Source: Mustelus asterias (Eukaryota). Taken from it: a DNA stretch of 64,000 nucleotides. This document shows positions 1-11,403 of this stretch, piece by piece; within the stretch, counting starts at the first letter, position 1, and every line of letters starts with the position of its first letter. The stretch lies in assembly GCF_964213995.1 (NCBI RefSeq), contig NC_135804.1:59458001-59522000 (forward strand), in the 5' to 3' direction. Both the position numbers and the translations under genes were made by a program. The notes beneath the pieces are model-generated. The model ran no database searches, was not told the DNA's origin, and worked only from the letters and a program-made list of their open reading frames with translations.

Positions 1-606
1 AATGTTTCATTGATCGTTCTGCAAAAGTGAGCAATATTTTATTGATCGTCGTGTTGAAGTGAAAAACTATTTTTTATTAAAAGCAATTTGGAAAAGTTGA
101 GCTAATTAAACGAAATGTCACCTGCAGCTGTTAAAGTTAGATGTTTAGTTAAATGTTGACATGGTATCAAAGTTTGGCATTCATAATATTATTTTTGTTA
201 ATGAATGCTTTCCATTAAACGTTACAAAATTCTGCAGATGCCTGATTCAAACATCAAAACGCAACACTTAATATGGAATTCTACAAATGCTTTATTGAAA
301 CATCAAAACACATTTCAATATGCGACAATTGCAAATGAAGAACATAATTGAGAGAAAAAAAGGGAGCAGAATACCAATGATAATCACATAGTGGTTTACA
401 AAGAACAACGAACTGTATAGCACAGGGACAGGTCCTTCAGCCCGCCAAGCCTGCCCCGATACATGACACCTTTCTAAACTAAAGAACTTTTGCTTATATG
501 TGGTCCGTATCCCTCTATTCCTTACCTATTTATGTATCTGCCAAAATGCCTCTTAAATATTGCTATTTTTTTCTGCCACTACCATCTCCTCTGGCAGCAC
601 ATTCCA

Positions 607-731
607 TGATGTGGAGATGCCGGCGTTGGACTGGGGTAAATACAGTAAGAAGTTTAACAACACCAGGTTAAAGTCCAACAGGTTTATTTGGTAGCAAAGT
701 TTGTGTGGCTTTTGCTACCAAATAAACCTGT
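607..731. mobile_element. 125-bp Penelope-like (pLTR-end) insertion with 11-bp target-site duplication
   Basis: AGCACATTCCA at 596-606 and 732-742. The sequence matches the terminus of the 1150-2049 element. Terminal hairpin 678-699/709-731. Confidence 0.8.
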
Positions 732-1149
732 AGCACATTCCAGTCAGTTATCAGCCGCTGTGTAAAACAAATACCTCTCCCATCTCCTTTAAACTGGCCC
801 CCTTTTTCCTGAAAGCTATGTCCACTCGTAATTGAAACTTCTACCCTGCGAACAAGACTGACTGTCCATGCCTCTCAAAATTTTGTAAACGACTATCAGA
901 TGGCCTTCGAAGTTCAAGTGGAAACAAACCAAGTTAGTCCAGTGTCTCATCATACTTAATACGCTCCAAAACAGGCAACATACTGGTAAACCTTTCTGTA
1001 CACGCGCCAAAGTTTCCACATCCTTCTGATAGTGTGGCAGCCAGAACCTTATGCAATATTCCAAATGTGACCGAACTAAAATTCTGTACATCTGCAACAT
1101 GGCTTCCACGTTTTTATACTCTAGGCCCCGACTGCTTAAGGCAAGCTTC

Positions 1150-2049
1150 GTAAGAGTTTTAACAACACCAGGTTAAAGTCCAACAGGTTTATTTGGTAGC
1201 AAATGCCATTAGCATTCGGAGCGCTGCTCCTTCGTCAGATGGAGTGGAAATCTGCTCTCAAACAGGGCACAGATACACAAAATCAAGTTACAGAACATTG
1301 ATTAGAATGCGAATCTCTACAGCCAACCAGGTCTTAAAGATACAGACAATGTGAGTGGAGGGAGCATTCAGCACAGGTTAAAGAGATGTGTATTGTCTCC
1401 AGACAGGACAGCCAGTGAGATTCTGCAAGTCCAGAAGGCAAGCTGTGGGGGTTACTGATAGTGTGACATAAACCCAAGATCCCGGTTTAGGCTGTCCTCA
1501 TGTGTGCGGAACTTGGCTATCAGTTTCTGCTCAGTGACTCTGCGCTGTCGTGTGTTGTGAAGGCCGCCTTGGAGAACGCTTACCCGAAGATCAGAGGCTG
1601 AATGCCCGTGACCGCTGAAGTGCTCTCCCACAAGAAGAGAACAGTCTCACCTGGTGATCACACGAGGACGGCCTCAACCAGGATCTTGGGTTTATGTCAC
1701 ACTATCAGTAACCCCCACAGCTTGCCTTCTGGACTTGCAGAATCTCACTGGCTGTCCTGTCTGGAGACAATACACATCTCTTTAACCTGTGCTTAATGCT
1801 CCCTCCACTCACATTGTCTGTATCTTTAAGACCTGGTTGGCTGTAGAGATTCGCATTCTAATCAATGTTCTGTAACTTGATTTTGTATCTCTGTGTCCTA
1901 TTTGAGAGCAGATTTCCACTCCATCTGACGAAGGAGCAGTGCTCCGAAAGCGAATGGTATTTGCTACCAAATAAACCTGTTGGACTTTAACCTGGTGTTG
2001 TTAAAACTCTTACTGTATTTACCCCAGTCCAACGCCGGCATCTCCACAT
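1150..2049. mobile_element. Penelope-like element fragment with inverted pLTR arms around a GIY-YIG remnant
   Basis: ~355-bp inverted repeat (1150-1504 vs 1659-2013). The minus strand of the spacer and left arm reads VGEHFSGHGHSASDLRVSVLQGG...EQKLIAKFRTHEDSLNRDLG, the PLE GIY-YIG C-terminus. Near-TSD AGGCAAGCTT (1139-1148) / AGACAAGCTT (2052-2061). Confidence 0.85.
1921..1957 (+). ncRNA. Minimal hammerhead ribozyme motif in the Penelope pLTR (mirror copy on the minus strand at 1206-1242)
   Basis: CCAT-CTGACGA-A-GGAGC-AGT-GCTCC-GAAA-GCGA-ATGG: stem I CCAT/ATGG, CUGANGA box, stem II, GAAA box. Each copy has one core substitution relative to their joint consensus ...GAAAGCTAATGG. Confidence 0.75.
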
Positions 2050-3699
2050 TTAGACAAGCTTGCCATAGACCCTGTTGACCAACTTATCCACATGTGTTAC
2101 CACTTGAAGGGAACTGGAGACCTGTATGCTTAAATACTTTTGTACTTTAATTCTTCTCAGGGTTCTGCCATTTACTGTATACTTCCCTCCTGCCTTTGAC
2201 CTTCCAAAATGCATCACCTCACCTTTGTCTGGGTTAAGTTCGATCTGCCATTTCTCCACCCATGTCTCCACCCTATCTATATCCTGCTGTATCCTCTGGC
2301 AATCCTCTTCACTATCCACACGCAGCTCCTCCAATCTTTGTGTCGTCCACAAACCGACATTCTCCTCCAAAGCATTTATATACATATTACAAACAGCGGG
2401 GTCCCAGCACCAATCCCTGTGGACACCACTGGTCACATAACTCAAGTCAGAATAACACACTTCCACTGCTACTCTCTGTCTTCCATGATGAAGGCAGTTC
2501 TGTATCCACCTTACCAGCACACGACAGATCCCATGCTGCACCTTCTGTATCAGCCTGCCATGAAGTACCTTCACAAAGGCCTTATTAAACTCCTTGTAGT
2601 CATGTCCTCCTCAATCACCTTTGCCGCTTACTCAAAAAACTCATTCAGGTTTATGATAGACGATCTCCCCAGCACAAAGCATGTTCCTATTGCTAATAAG
2701 TCTATCTTTTTCCAAATGCAAGTGAATGCTATCGCTAAGTATGCTCTCCAATTATTCCGCTACCATTGATATAAGGCTCAGCAACCTGTAATTTCCTGGA
2801 TTGTCCCTCTTGCTCTTCTTAAACAAAAGATCAACACTGGCTATTCTCCAGTCCTCTGGCACGTGTCCTATGACTAAAATGGAGAGAACGTTTTCCTACA
2901 AGGCCCTAGAAATTTCCTCCCCCAGTATTCTGGGATAGACCCTGTTAGGTCCAGGGGACTGGTCTAACTTAATGCTTTTCAAAATATTCCACTCCTGTTC
3001 CTTTTTAAATCAACATGTCCTAGAATATCAACATGACATTCTCTGGTCTCGCCATCCACTATGTCCTTCTCCTATGTGAATACGGATGCAAAATATTCGT
3101 GAAGCACATCACCCACTTTCTCTGGTTCTACGCATAAATTCCTCCTTTGTCCTTGAGTGAATCTATCCTTCCTCTAACTACCCTCTTGCTCCTTATATAC
3201 ATACATAATGCCATGGGATTTTCCGTGATCCGTAATGCCAACATGCCATTGCCCCCATTCAGCCATCCAAACTCACTGTTTAAGTTTATTTTCAGATTTT
3301 CCAGGGCCCAGAATGTGAACTCTCCTTTCTCAACCTCATCCAATAAAGTATCAAAATCATGGTCTGAGAAATCCTGATCTTTCTTATTCGCAATTGCATT
3401 TTTAGTTTCCATAATGTAAATTAGAACAGACAGAAACATTTAAGCGTGTCACATGTAAAGTTATATAGTAATATACCACGGATTTCAATAGTAGTTTCAC
3501 AGATTTAAAACAAGTAACAAAGCCATGATAATCATCCTTAATCATAAAAATAAATTAGAAAAATACACTTTAAATGAATAAATGACAATAGGATTAATGG
3601 TTCAACAGATAAACTTCAACATGCCTTTAAGATAGTAGAGTCTTTTGAGCGGTAGTGGTAATATTGGGAAACATTACACTAGAATTCAGAGATGCATGT

Positions 3700-5580
3700 T
3701 TAAAGGAACATATGTAATTATGGGCAATTTGAATCTGTAGAATGATTGGGAGACTCTAATTAATCAACAGTACGAAAGAGGAGGAAATTCTGGAGTGGCG
3801 ATGGGATGGATTCCCAAAGAAATACATTGAGGAAACGACACGGGAAGAGGCCATCCTGGGCAGTGCAATGAGAACTGATTAGTTGGCAATCTAGGTGTGA
3901 GGGAACCCTTGGGGACGTGTGACCATAATATGATAGAATTCTTTCTCAAGGTGGGTGGTGATGCAATTGATCCTGAGATCAGTGTCCTGAATCTCAGCAA
4001 AGGTAACTGTGGTGGTATGAGACATGAATTGGCACTGATGGACCGGGAAACATTACTGAAAGGAAAGACAGTGGACAAGCAAAGCAACCATTTAAGGAAC
4101 AAATATGTCAACTCCAGAAGTTGTTTATTCCTGTTTTGTACAAGGGCGGTAAGGGAACAGTGGCCAAACCATGGCTTACAAGTGGAATTAGAGATACTAT
4201 TAGACTCGAGGAGGAAGCATACAAATTGCCAAGAAAAAGCAATAGACCTCCATTGGGAACAGTTTAAAATTCATCAAAGGAGAGCCAAGGGATTGAGTAA
4301 GAATGGGAAACTGGAGTTTGAAAGAATGCTAGCGGGGAACATGAAAACTGACTGAAAATGTTTCTCTAGATATGTAGACAGAAAAAGATTGACAAAAATG
4401 GATGTCGGACACTTACAGTCAGAAATGGGAGAATTCATAACGGGGAACAAATAAATGGCTAAGGAATTAAATCGTAGTGTGCTTCAGTCTGCCCAAAGGA
4501 AGACATGAACAATGTACCAGACGTTCTGAGAGAAACAAGTATTAGTGAGGAGGAAATCAGCATTAGTAGAGACATGGTACTGAGGAAATTGATGGGATTG
4601 ATGGTGGATAAATCTCAGGGCCTGATAATCTTCATCCCGGAATATTTAAGGAAGTGGCCCTGGAAATAGTAGATCGATTGATGGTTACTTTCAAAAATTC
4701 TTGGGACAACAGATTGGAGGGTAGCTAATGTAAGCCCGCTACCCAAAAAGGGAGGCAGAGAGAAAACAGGAAACTATAGACCAGTGAGCCTAACGCCACT
4801 AATGGGGAAGTTGTTAGAATCCATGATCAAGGATTTCATGACTCAACATTTGGAAAGCAGTACTACAATCAGACGAAGTCAGCATAGATTAACAAAGGAG
4901 AAATCATGCTTGACGAATCTATTGGACTTCTTTGAGATTGTAACTAATTGACTGGACCGAGTAGAACCAGGGGCTGTGGTTTATTTAGATTTTCAGAAGG
5001 CTTTCGACAATGTCTCGCTATTATGTAAAGCAAAAGCACATGGGTTGCCGATAATATCTTGAGATGGATAGAAAACTGGTCAGGAGATAGGAAGCAAAGA
5101 GTAAATGCATCTTTTTCTCCTTGGCAGGCAGTGACGAGTGGGATACTGCAAGGATCTATGCTAGGACCCCAACTATTCATATTATATATTAATGATTTGG
5201 AAGATGGGACTAAATGTATTATCTCTAAATTTGCAGATGATTCAAAGTTGGGTGGGAGGGTGTGCTGCGAGGAGGATACAGGAGAGATTATTCAGGGTGA
5301 TTTGCACAGGCTGTGTGTGGGTATATGCATGGCAAATGCAGTATAACCTGAATAAATGCGACATTTTCCACTCTGGTAGCAAGAATAGAAAGACCGATTA
5401 TTACTCGAAGGGGTGTAACGTGAGAGATACTCGGCGGAGCCTTGGCGTCCTCATGGATCAGTCGCTGAAAGTAAACACGCAAGTATAGTTGGCAGTAAAG
5501 CAGGCAAATGGTATGTTGGCCTGCATAGCGAGAGGATTTGAGTAGAGAAATAGTATATGCAATTGTATAGGTCGCTGGTG
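3700..5580 (+). mobile_element. Decayed CR1 LINE ORF2 fragment (endonuclease end to RT)
   Basis: ORFs 3897-4355 (EPLGTCDHNMIEF) and 5059-5346 (VTSGILQGSMLGPQLFILYINDL...SKFADDSKLGG). Boundaries approximate. Confidence 0.9.
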
Positions 5581-7645
5581 AGTTCAAAGCATGAACTTAT
5601 GGGCGTTCCCAATCCGTTCCGTCCCTCGGGGGCTTGGCTGCTCTCCTCTTGCGTCGCACTGTCGCTGCAGAATGAAGGCTGCGGCAGCAAACGGGAGTTT
5701 AATCGGGATTTTTCAACGCAGGTCAGTCAATTGGTAAGGAATCCCTGGCGGCTCTTGGCTTTCCACCGCAAGGCAGAAGGGTGTGTATGCTCTCTCTCCG
5801 TAACTTCTGCTTCCCTCTGAATAGCAGTCACTTGCTGCTCAACTTGCTCACTGAAAATGTCTGCTTTCCAACTCATCTTAGGCCATAACCCACAGCGGGA
5901 TCAATGCTGTTACTGAATTGTAATTGGCTTTCATGAGGCGAACTTAATTCTTAGTTGCCTTAAGGAGGGGCTGATCAATGTATTGTTCTAGGTGGGCATG
6001 GTTAGTTTTAAATCAGTTTCTCGAGTGCGATGGTCATCTATTGATATAATGTCTCATTGTTCCTTGACTGAGCCTCCAAGTTGTCAATTACTTGTCGGAC
6101 CATCAGCTTATTAAAGTTTGTTCGATATTATAATTCTTGCTAAGAGAAAATAATGCTTCGTGATATTTCCATTGCCCAGCTATTCAGATTGGCGAACATT
6201 ATATATAACGGAAAATGATTGGGAAAAAAAACAGTTCGGGTTCTTTTTCAAAGATTCTGAAGACAGGAAAGGCGAAGAAAAGCAAGAATTGAAAAACGGT
6301 CAAAAGATGGAGCTTACGGATGGCTTTAAGACCCAGAGGAAGGGGTTAGCTGCAAATGGACGTGGTAAGTTTATTTAGATAAATGGCGAGAAAAGGACAC
6401 CCTTTTCAAGGTTGAAAGGCACGCTACTCTTCGCACCATTCTAATTCAACCCGCTGTACATTTGTTGTTATCCTTTGCGTTCCATGGACAAGACATCCAC
6501 CCACTCATTCTCCTTGATACGGGATATAAGTCTAAGTGTTCATGCTTGCAATTATAGAGATTTAACGAAATATCTGGTGGCTGAGAAACTTCAACTTACA
6601 CACCCCATCGTATTCCACCCTATCATAGAACTTCCTTTTCATCCATCCTTCTACATATTTAAACATTTTAGCATCCATTGCATTCCTACAAAATGCAAGT
6701 ACTGCTGATGCCGGAAATCTGAAATAAAGGTAGAAAATGTTAGAGCTACCCAACAGGTCTGGCAGCATCCGTGGCGAGAAAAATAGAGTTAACCGTTCAG
6801 GTCAAAAAATATTTCCTAACCATCGACTGTATCCCCTCCCTGACAAATATCTGGGGAGAATCAGGCTGTTTGCAATATTGATGTTATGTTTGATTCTTAG
6901 ATGATATTCTGGCCATATATTTGCAACTGCACGAAATTTGTTTACTTTTATCTTTGCAATATAGTAAATTCCTTCCCTGGAAAACTCACCTATGTGTTTG
7001 CAACATCCAAGTTTTACGACCCTTATTTACTTCTGGCCAGCCACACACACCGAACGCTCTGTAAACATACAGTTACCGAACAGTTTGCTGCAATTCCCCA
7101 AACTCTATTCAAATCGTTTCATCCATTACCTATGTGTTCGCTGATCTACATTTGCTCCCAATTAAGCAATGCCATTTAAAATACTTATCCTTCCTATTTA
7201 CACAGCCTCCATGCAATCTCTGTGATGTTCTCTAGCCATAGAGCCGTCGGCTGTACCGCACACTCCAAATTACGGCTCTTTGAGGATTCAAAAACTCCAT
7301 TATTCCGCCATTGGCAGCCGACCCGCCGCTTTCAACGCACCAAGCACCAAAACCTTACCCCCCCCCCCCCCCACCCCGCGTTTTTCCTCCTCTAATAAAC
7401 ACCTTAACACTTCCCTATTTGATGAAATCTTATCGCCCAAGATACCTCATTTGCGATTCGGTGTCAATTTTTACATTACCATGGTGCTATTAAACATTTC
7501 ATTGCTTCACAGGCGCGAAATAAAACAAAATGATGTTGTAAATCATCCTTCATCTTCTGTTGCCGGTCGCGCTACAAGCCATTCCAAAAGTTGCGGAAGA
7601 GCAGAATGGTTACAAATAAAATGTATTTTCTTACCAACGGGCATA

Positions 7646-7664
7646 GGATGTCAAACGTCACTGC
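7646..7664 (+). promoter_or_regulatory. Conserved proximal promoter motif of gene A (ETS-like GGAT plus half-CRE CGTCA)
   Basis: GGATGTCAAACGTCACTGC is 18/19 identical to the motif upstream of gene B. Both end 92 nt before the ATG. Confidence 0.7.
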
Positions 7665-7755
7665 TCTAGTCTCAGATTCAATACTCAGCAGACAATTTGC
7701 ATAGTGGCAAACACATGGTCAATACAGCCAGACATCAGTTGAGCTTTATCTTGCA

Positions 7756-7816
7756 ATGTTGCCGAATTTGATCTTTCTCTTCATGTTCCTGTCTCTCCCG
7801 ATGATCATTTTAACAG
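7756..7816 (+). CDS. Gene A exon 1, signal peptide MLPNLIFLFMFLSLPMIILT
   Basis: ATG at 7756, hydrophobic leader, phase-1 donor ACAG/GTATAG, in frame with the V exon. Confidence 0.85.
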
Positions 7817-8005
7817 GTATAGGGATATTCTCTATCCCAGATGGCTTATTAAATAAAACATTTTTCCACAGTTCTCACATCATGTAATTCGTATGTCTGT
7901 AATCGTTTTCTGTTTTGCATTTCCATGCAGAAATGTGTACCAAAGTCTCTGGTTTCACATTGAATACAGTGAATTAATACAAACCTTGAATATATTTTCT
8001 AACAG

Positions 8006-8326
8006 GTAATCCAGGAGCTTCGATCAGGGTGTCTCAAAGTCCTAAACAGGTAACTATATTGAGGGGGACAAATATCAGATTCTACTGCATAATCCCCCTT
8101 TCTCATGACAATGTGGATGTCGAGGTGCTTTGGTGGAAACAGGGTGAGAATAAATATATGACAAATGGAACCGATGACAGAAAACGATTCGATTTCAAAA
8201 CTAAAGGAGGTGGTTCATTTGAGCTGCGAAACGCGACTCTCCAGGACTCAGGAATCTATCACTGCGCAGTGATCCGTCAGGGAAAAAATAGTGGAAATGG
8301 AACAGGATCAAATTTAACTGTCTGCG
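8006..8326 (+). CDS. Gene A exon 2, Ig V-set domain with germline J-like G strand
   Basis: Acceptor ttttctaacag; VSQSP..FYC..VLWWKQ..LQDSGIYHC..GNGTGSNLTV; phase-1 donor G/GTAAGT; 321 nt. Confidence 0.95.
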
Positions 8327-8932
8327 GTAAGTGACTGAAATGACCGGGAACCTCAAGCACGCTGTTTTGCCATTGTTTTATTGTGCTGCCTTTGATGTTG
8401 TAAAGCTCTGTGCACAACTGCTAATTACGCAGCGGAATGTGACATTTTATTTGCTGTGTTATTCCAAACTGCTGGAAATACTCAGCAATTCAGGGCATGT
8501 CTGCGAAGAGAGAGGCAAAGTTAAAGTCTCAGGTCTATCAACTTTTTGAGTAAAATGTTACCTGATTCATCTCAAAATGTAATTTTTACATCAGGTTTCT
8601 TAGTCCGAGGTTGGCCCACCGTAGTCTCGATTCCCCAGCCAGAGGAAACAACCTCGCCGAATCTATCCTGTCAAGCACATTTACAATCTTGAATGTTCCA
8701 ATGACATCACTTCATTCTAACTTTTTCGTTTTTCGCCTGTATGAGCTTCCATAAATCTATATAACCTTGCTTTTATTACCGGTGTCGGACAGATTGTTTT
8801 TCTCTTGCGGACGCTGGAGACTGATCTCTTCTTACTAACATAAAGGGAAGCGAATGAGGATATAATTCATTTCTCATTCCTTCCGCTGAACATTTCTTCA
8901 CCAACCTGACTTTCCCCATGTTTTGTTCGCAG

Positions 8933-9244
8933 CTGCACCAACTCCGTTGAAGATTTTCGCTAAGCATCCCGCAAGCAACTCAACTACGTTCCTGACTCTT
9001 GTGTGTCAGACGGCTGGATTTTACCCGGGTGATTTGACCCTCCTTTGGTATAAAAATGGCGTGAACATCGCAACAGTGGGAAATCCGATCAAACAGCAGA
9101 ACGCAGAAGGACTGTATGAAGTTTTCAGCTCTTTTGAAGAGCCGCACTTTGTGCGGAACGAAGCTGTTTACATCTGTTTGGTAATTCACATCTCCCTCCG
9201 GACTCCCGCCATTGCCATTCACACCGTTACCAACTCCTGCTCAG
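8933..9244 (+). CDS. Gene A exon 3, Ig C1-set domain
   Basis: Acceptor ttttgttcgcag; TLVCQTAGFYP..L.WYKNG..GLYEVFS..YICLVIHISL; donor CAG/GTATGT; 312 nt, phase 1/1. Confidence 0.95.
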
Positions 9245-10559
9245 GTATGTTGCCGACAGGCCAAGAATCAATCTCCAAATTCAGTAAGGGGCATTTCTTG
9301 GAGTTTATTGGCATTGGCAATGATGCGTCTAATTTTAAAATAATATCCCGAAATATCCAATCTAAGGAAATATTATGTTTTCATTCAAGATATATTGAGA
9401 CAAATATCTTGTCAAACCTAAGTAATTGTACTGACTTCCGACTGAGCGGTGTATTACAGCAGGTTCTTAATTGCTTGAAAATAAAAAAAAGAACAAGTGG
9501 GTTTTCTCTCCCATCCAATTATTTTACACTATGTACCTATTATTAGACATAGAGTTACTTCTTATTTTATTTTCCCAGCATTAGTTTTCCTCACACGATT
9601 TTACAGAAAATAAAGCGTCAGTTTTGTTTTATTGGCCTGATGTGAAAGTGTCAGAAGTTAGCCTTTTAGATAACTCCTATTGGGCCTGTTTCTCTAGAAA
9701 GGTAATTTCGACCCGTAACGTTAACTCTGTTTCCCTCCACAGATGCTGCCGGACCTGCAGCATTTTCTATTTTTGTTTTTCCTTATGCAGTGTTTTGGAG
9801 CGGGGAGGCATTTCATAAAATGCATTTCGACTTTAACTGTGATTTGCTTCCATTAAATGTAACTGAAACTCGTCTGATTAATGATAGCTATTTCCGTTTA
9901 ATTAATAAATAACCGAAATTTAATTTGAGGGTGAAAGGTAAACATTACTTTGACAGCGATCTCCTTTCCGATGTAGTGACCGTCTGCAGTTAATAAACTG
10001 CAGACAATTGAGCATTTATTTTGTTGAATTGAAAAAAAAGTACCCCTTTCAGCCTTGGCAAGTCCAAGTCTCTCTAATTTGCCGCGAATTAATCAAATAA
10101 GAGTGGAAGAGGCAAAGAAAATTGAAGTAGCAGAAAACGTCCTTCTGTCAAACGGAACGTTAACCCTCTCGCGCCAATGATTAGAACATCCGAAACTGGT
10201 AATCTCCCTGGCAGATAATTATGGCCTTGTGCCACTCTTTGTTAAAGTAAGTTACTTTTACTTGCAGCTTATGACGGTAAATGTCATGGCCCCCGGAGTT
10301 CTGGAGTTAAGTCTTTAATTAGAAATACTACATGTAAAATGATTGGGAGACAAAGATAATCCGGCTGCTCGTTTGTAGTTTTTCCACATCATATCTAGAA
10401 AAATGACTTAGGGTAATTTTTAAACGTCCTTCTCCTAGGGCTGCCGTACATAGCTGCTGTAAATATGAGCAGTAGTTTACCCAATCGATTATCGTGAGAG
10501 TCAAGAATAGGTAATGCAGAAACAAATTAAATCACAGACCCAACCATTTCTTCTTGCAG

Positions 10560-10670
10560 ATGCTGATGGTGGATGTCATTACCTCTGGATTTCTAGGTGT
10601 GTCATGGGTGGATTGGTGTTTCTGGTGCTTATAATCATCACTGGGGCGAAATTGATTTCGAAGAATAAAG
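10560..10670 (+). CDS. Gene A exon 4, stalk and transmembrane segment with Arg (DADGGCHYLWISRCVMGGLVFLVLIIITGAKLISKNK)
   Basis: Acceptor ttcttcttgcag, donor AAG/GTAATC, phase 1. Aligns with the gene B TM exon (YLWISRCVMGGLVFLVL vs YYWIPVCALVGLSFLAL; ends KNK vs KNE). Confidence 0.85.
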
Positions 10671-10739
10671 GTAATCCATAATTTTCATTTTGAGATAAAT
10701 CTTCAGGGCGATCGTAAGGGCGCCCTCACGTAATCCCAC

Positions 10740-11160
10740 ATGTCTTTAGAATGCAGAAGGAGGCGTTTTGGCCCACCCAGACTTCATTGGTTCGCTGAAA
10801 GTACATTCTACTAAACCCCACTCCGTCCCTTTTCTCCGTAATTTTGCATGTTATTTCTTTTGAGATATCAATCAAATTCCCCTTCGAATACATCGATCGA
10901 ACCTGCCTCCACCATCCTTTAAGGAAATTCGTTCCAGACTCCAACCACCCGTTGGGTGTACAAAATCCTCACGTAATTTCTATTGCTTTGCCTATTATTT
11001 TGAAACGGTTCCCTGTAGTTTTTGATGTACACCTGAGGGAAAAGAGTTTCCCACTGATTGCCCTGTCCATACCTCCCAGGACCTGGGATACCTTTATAAA
11101 CCTTCCTCTCAGCCATCTATTTTCCAAGGAAAACAGACCCAATTTAAACAATCTATGCTC
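10740..11160 (-). mobile_element. Old CR1 3' fragment downstream of the gene A TM exon
   Basis: ORFs read KLGLFSLENRWLRG.FIKV and YTQRVVGVWNE, the CR1 ORF2 C-terminus. Confidence 0.8.
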
Positions 11161-11383
11161 ATATCATGTTTCCTTAGAATCATTCTTGTGAATTTCCTGA
11201 GCAGCCCCACACGATAACTATTCAATTAATATTTATTTGAAGCAAAAAAAGAAATCTTTTTCTCAAACTCCAGCTGAATTCAGAATGTTATAATGAAAGA
11301 ACTGCCACAAATTGTAAAGCATCACATGATTTGGACAACACCAATGACGTTTTTAAGTAAAATGCTGTCAATGTCTTTTCCAG

Positions 11384-11403
11384 TTGCTGTACGCGAATGC
11401 TGA
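11384..11403 (+). CDS. Gene A candidate terminal coding exon (VAVREC*), short cytoplasmic tail
   Basis: Strong acceptor tgtcttttccag in phase 1. Alternative candidates exist (13065-13078 GDEA*, and an exon starting at 11712), so this is unresolved. Confidence 0.3.

Larger units (their letters stand above)
400..3240 (-). mobile_element. Decayed CR1 LINE, 3' half of ORF2 plus tail, interrupted by two Penelope-like inserts
   Basis: Minus-strand ORFs 816-1109, 2050-2574 and 3128-3439 give CR1 RT motifs (LVRSHLEYC..W.PHYQKD, VTSGV, Q.DIDR..TW.EKWQ..NPDK, ENP..LC.YIRSKR). Many frameshifts and stops; boundaries approximate. Confidence 0.9.

Noticed and set aside
8006-9244. Rearranging TCR/Ig/IgNAR locus
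   Set aside because: V and the J-like strand are in one exon. There is no heptamer-spacer-nonamer next to either V exon and no D/J segments in the V-C introns.
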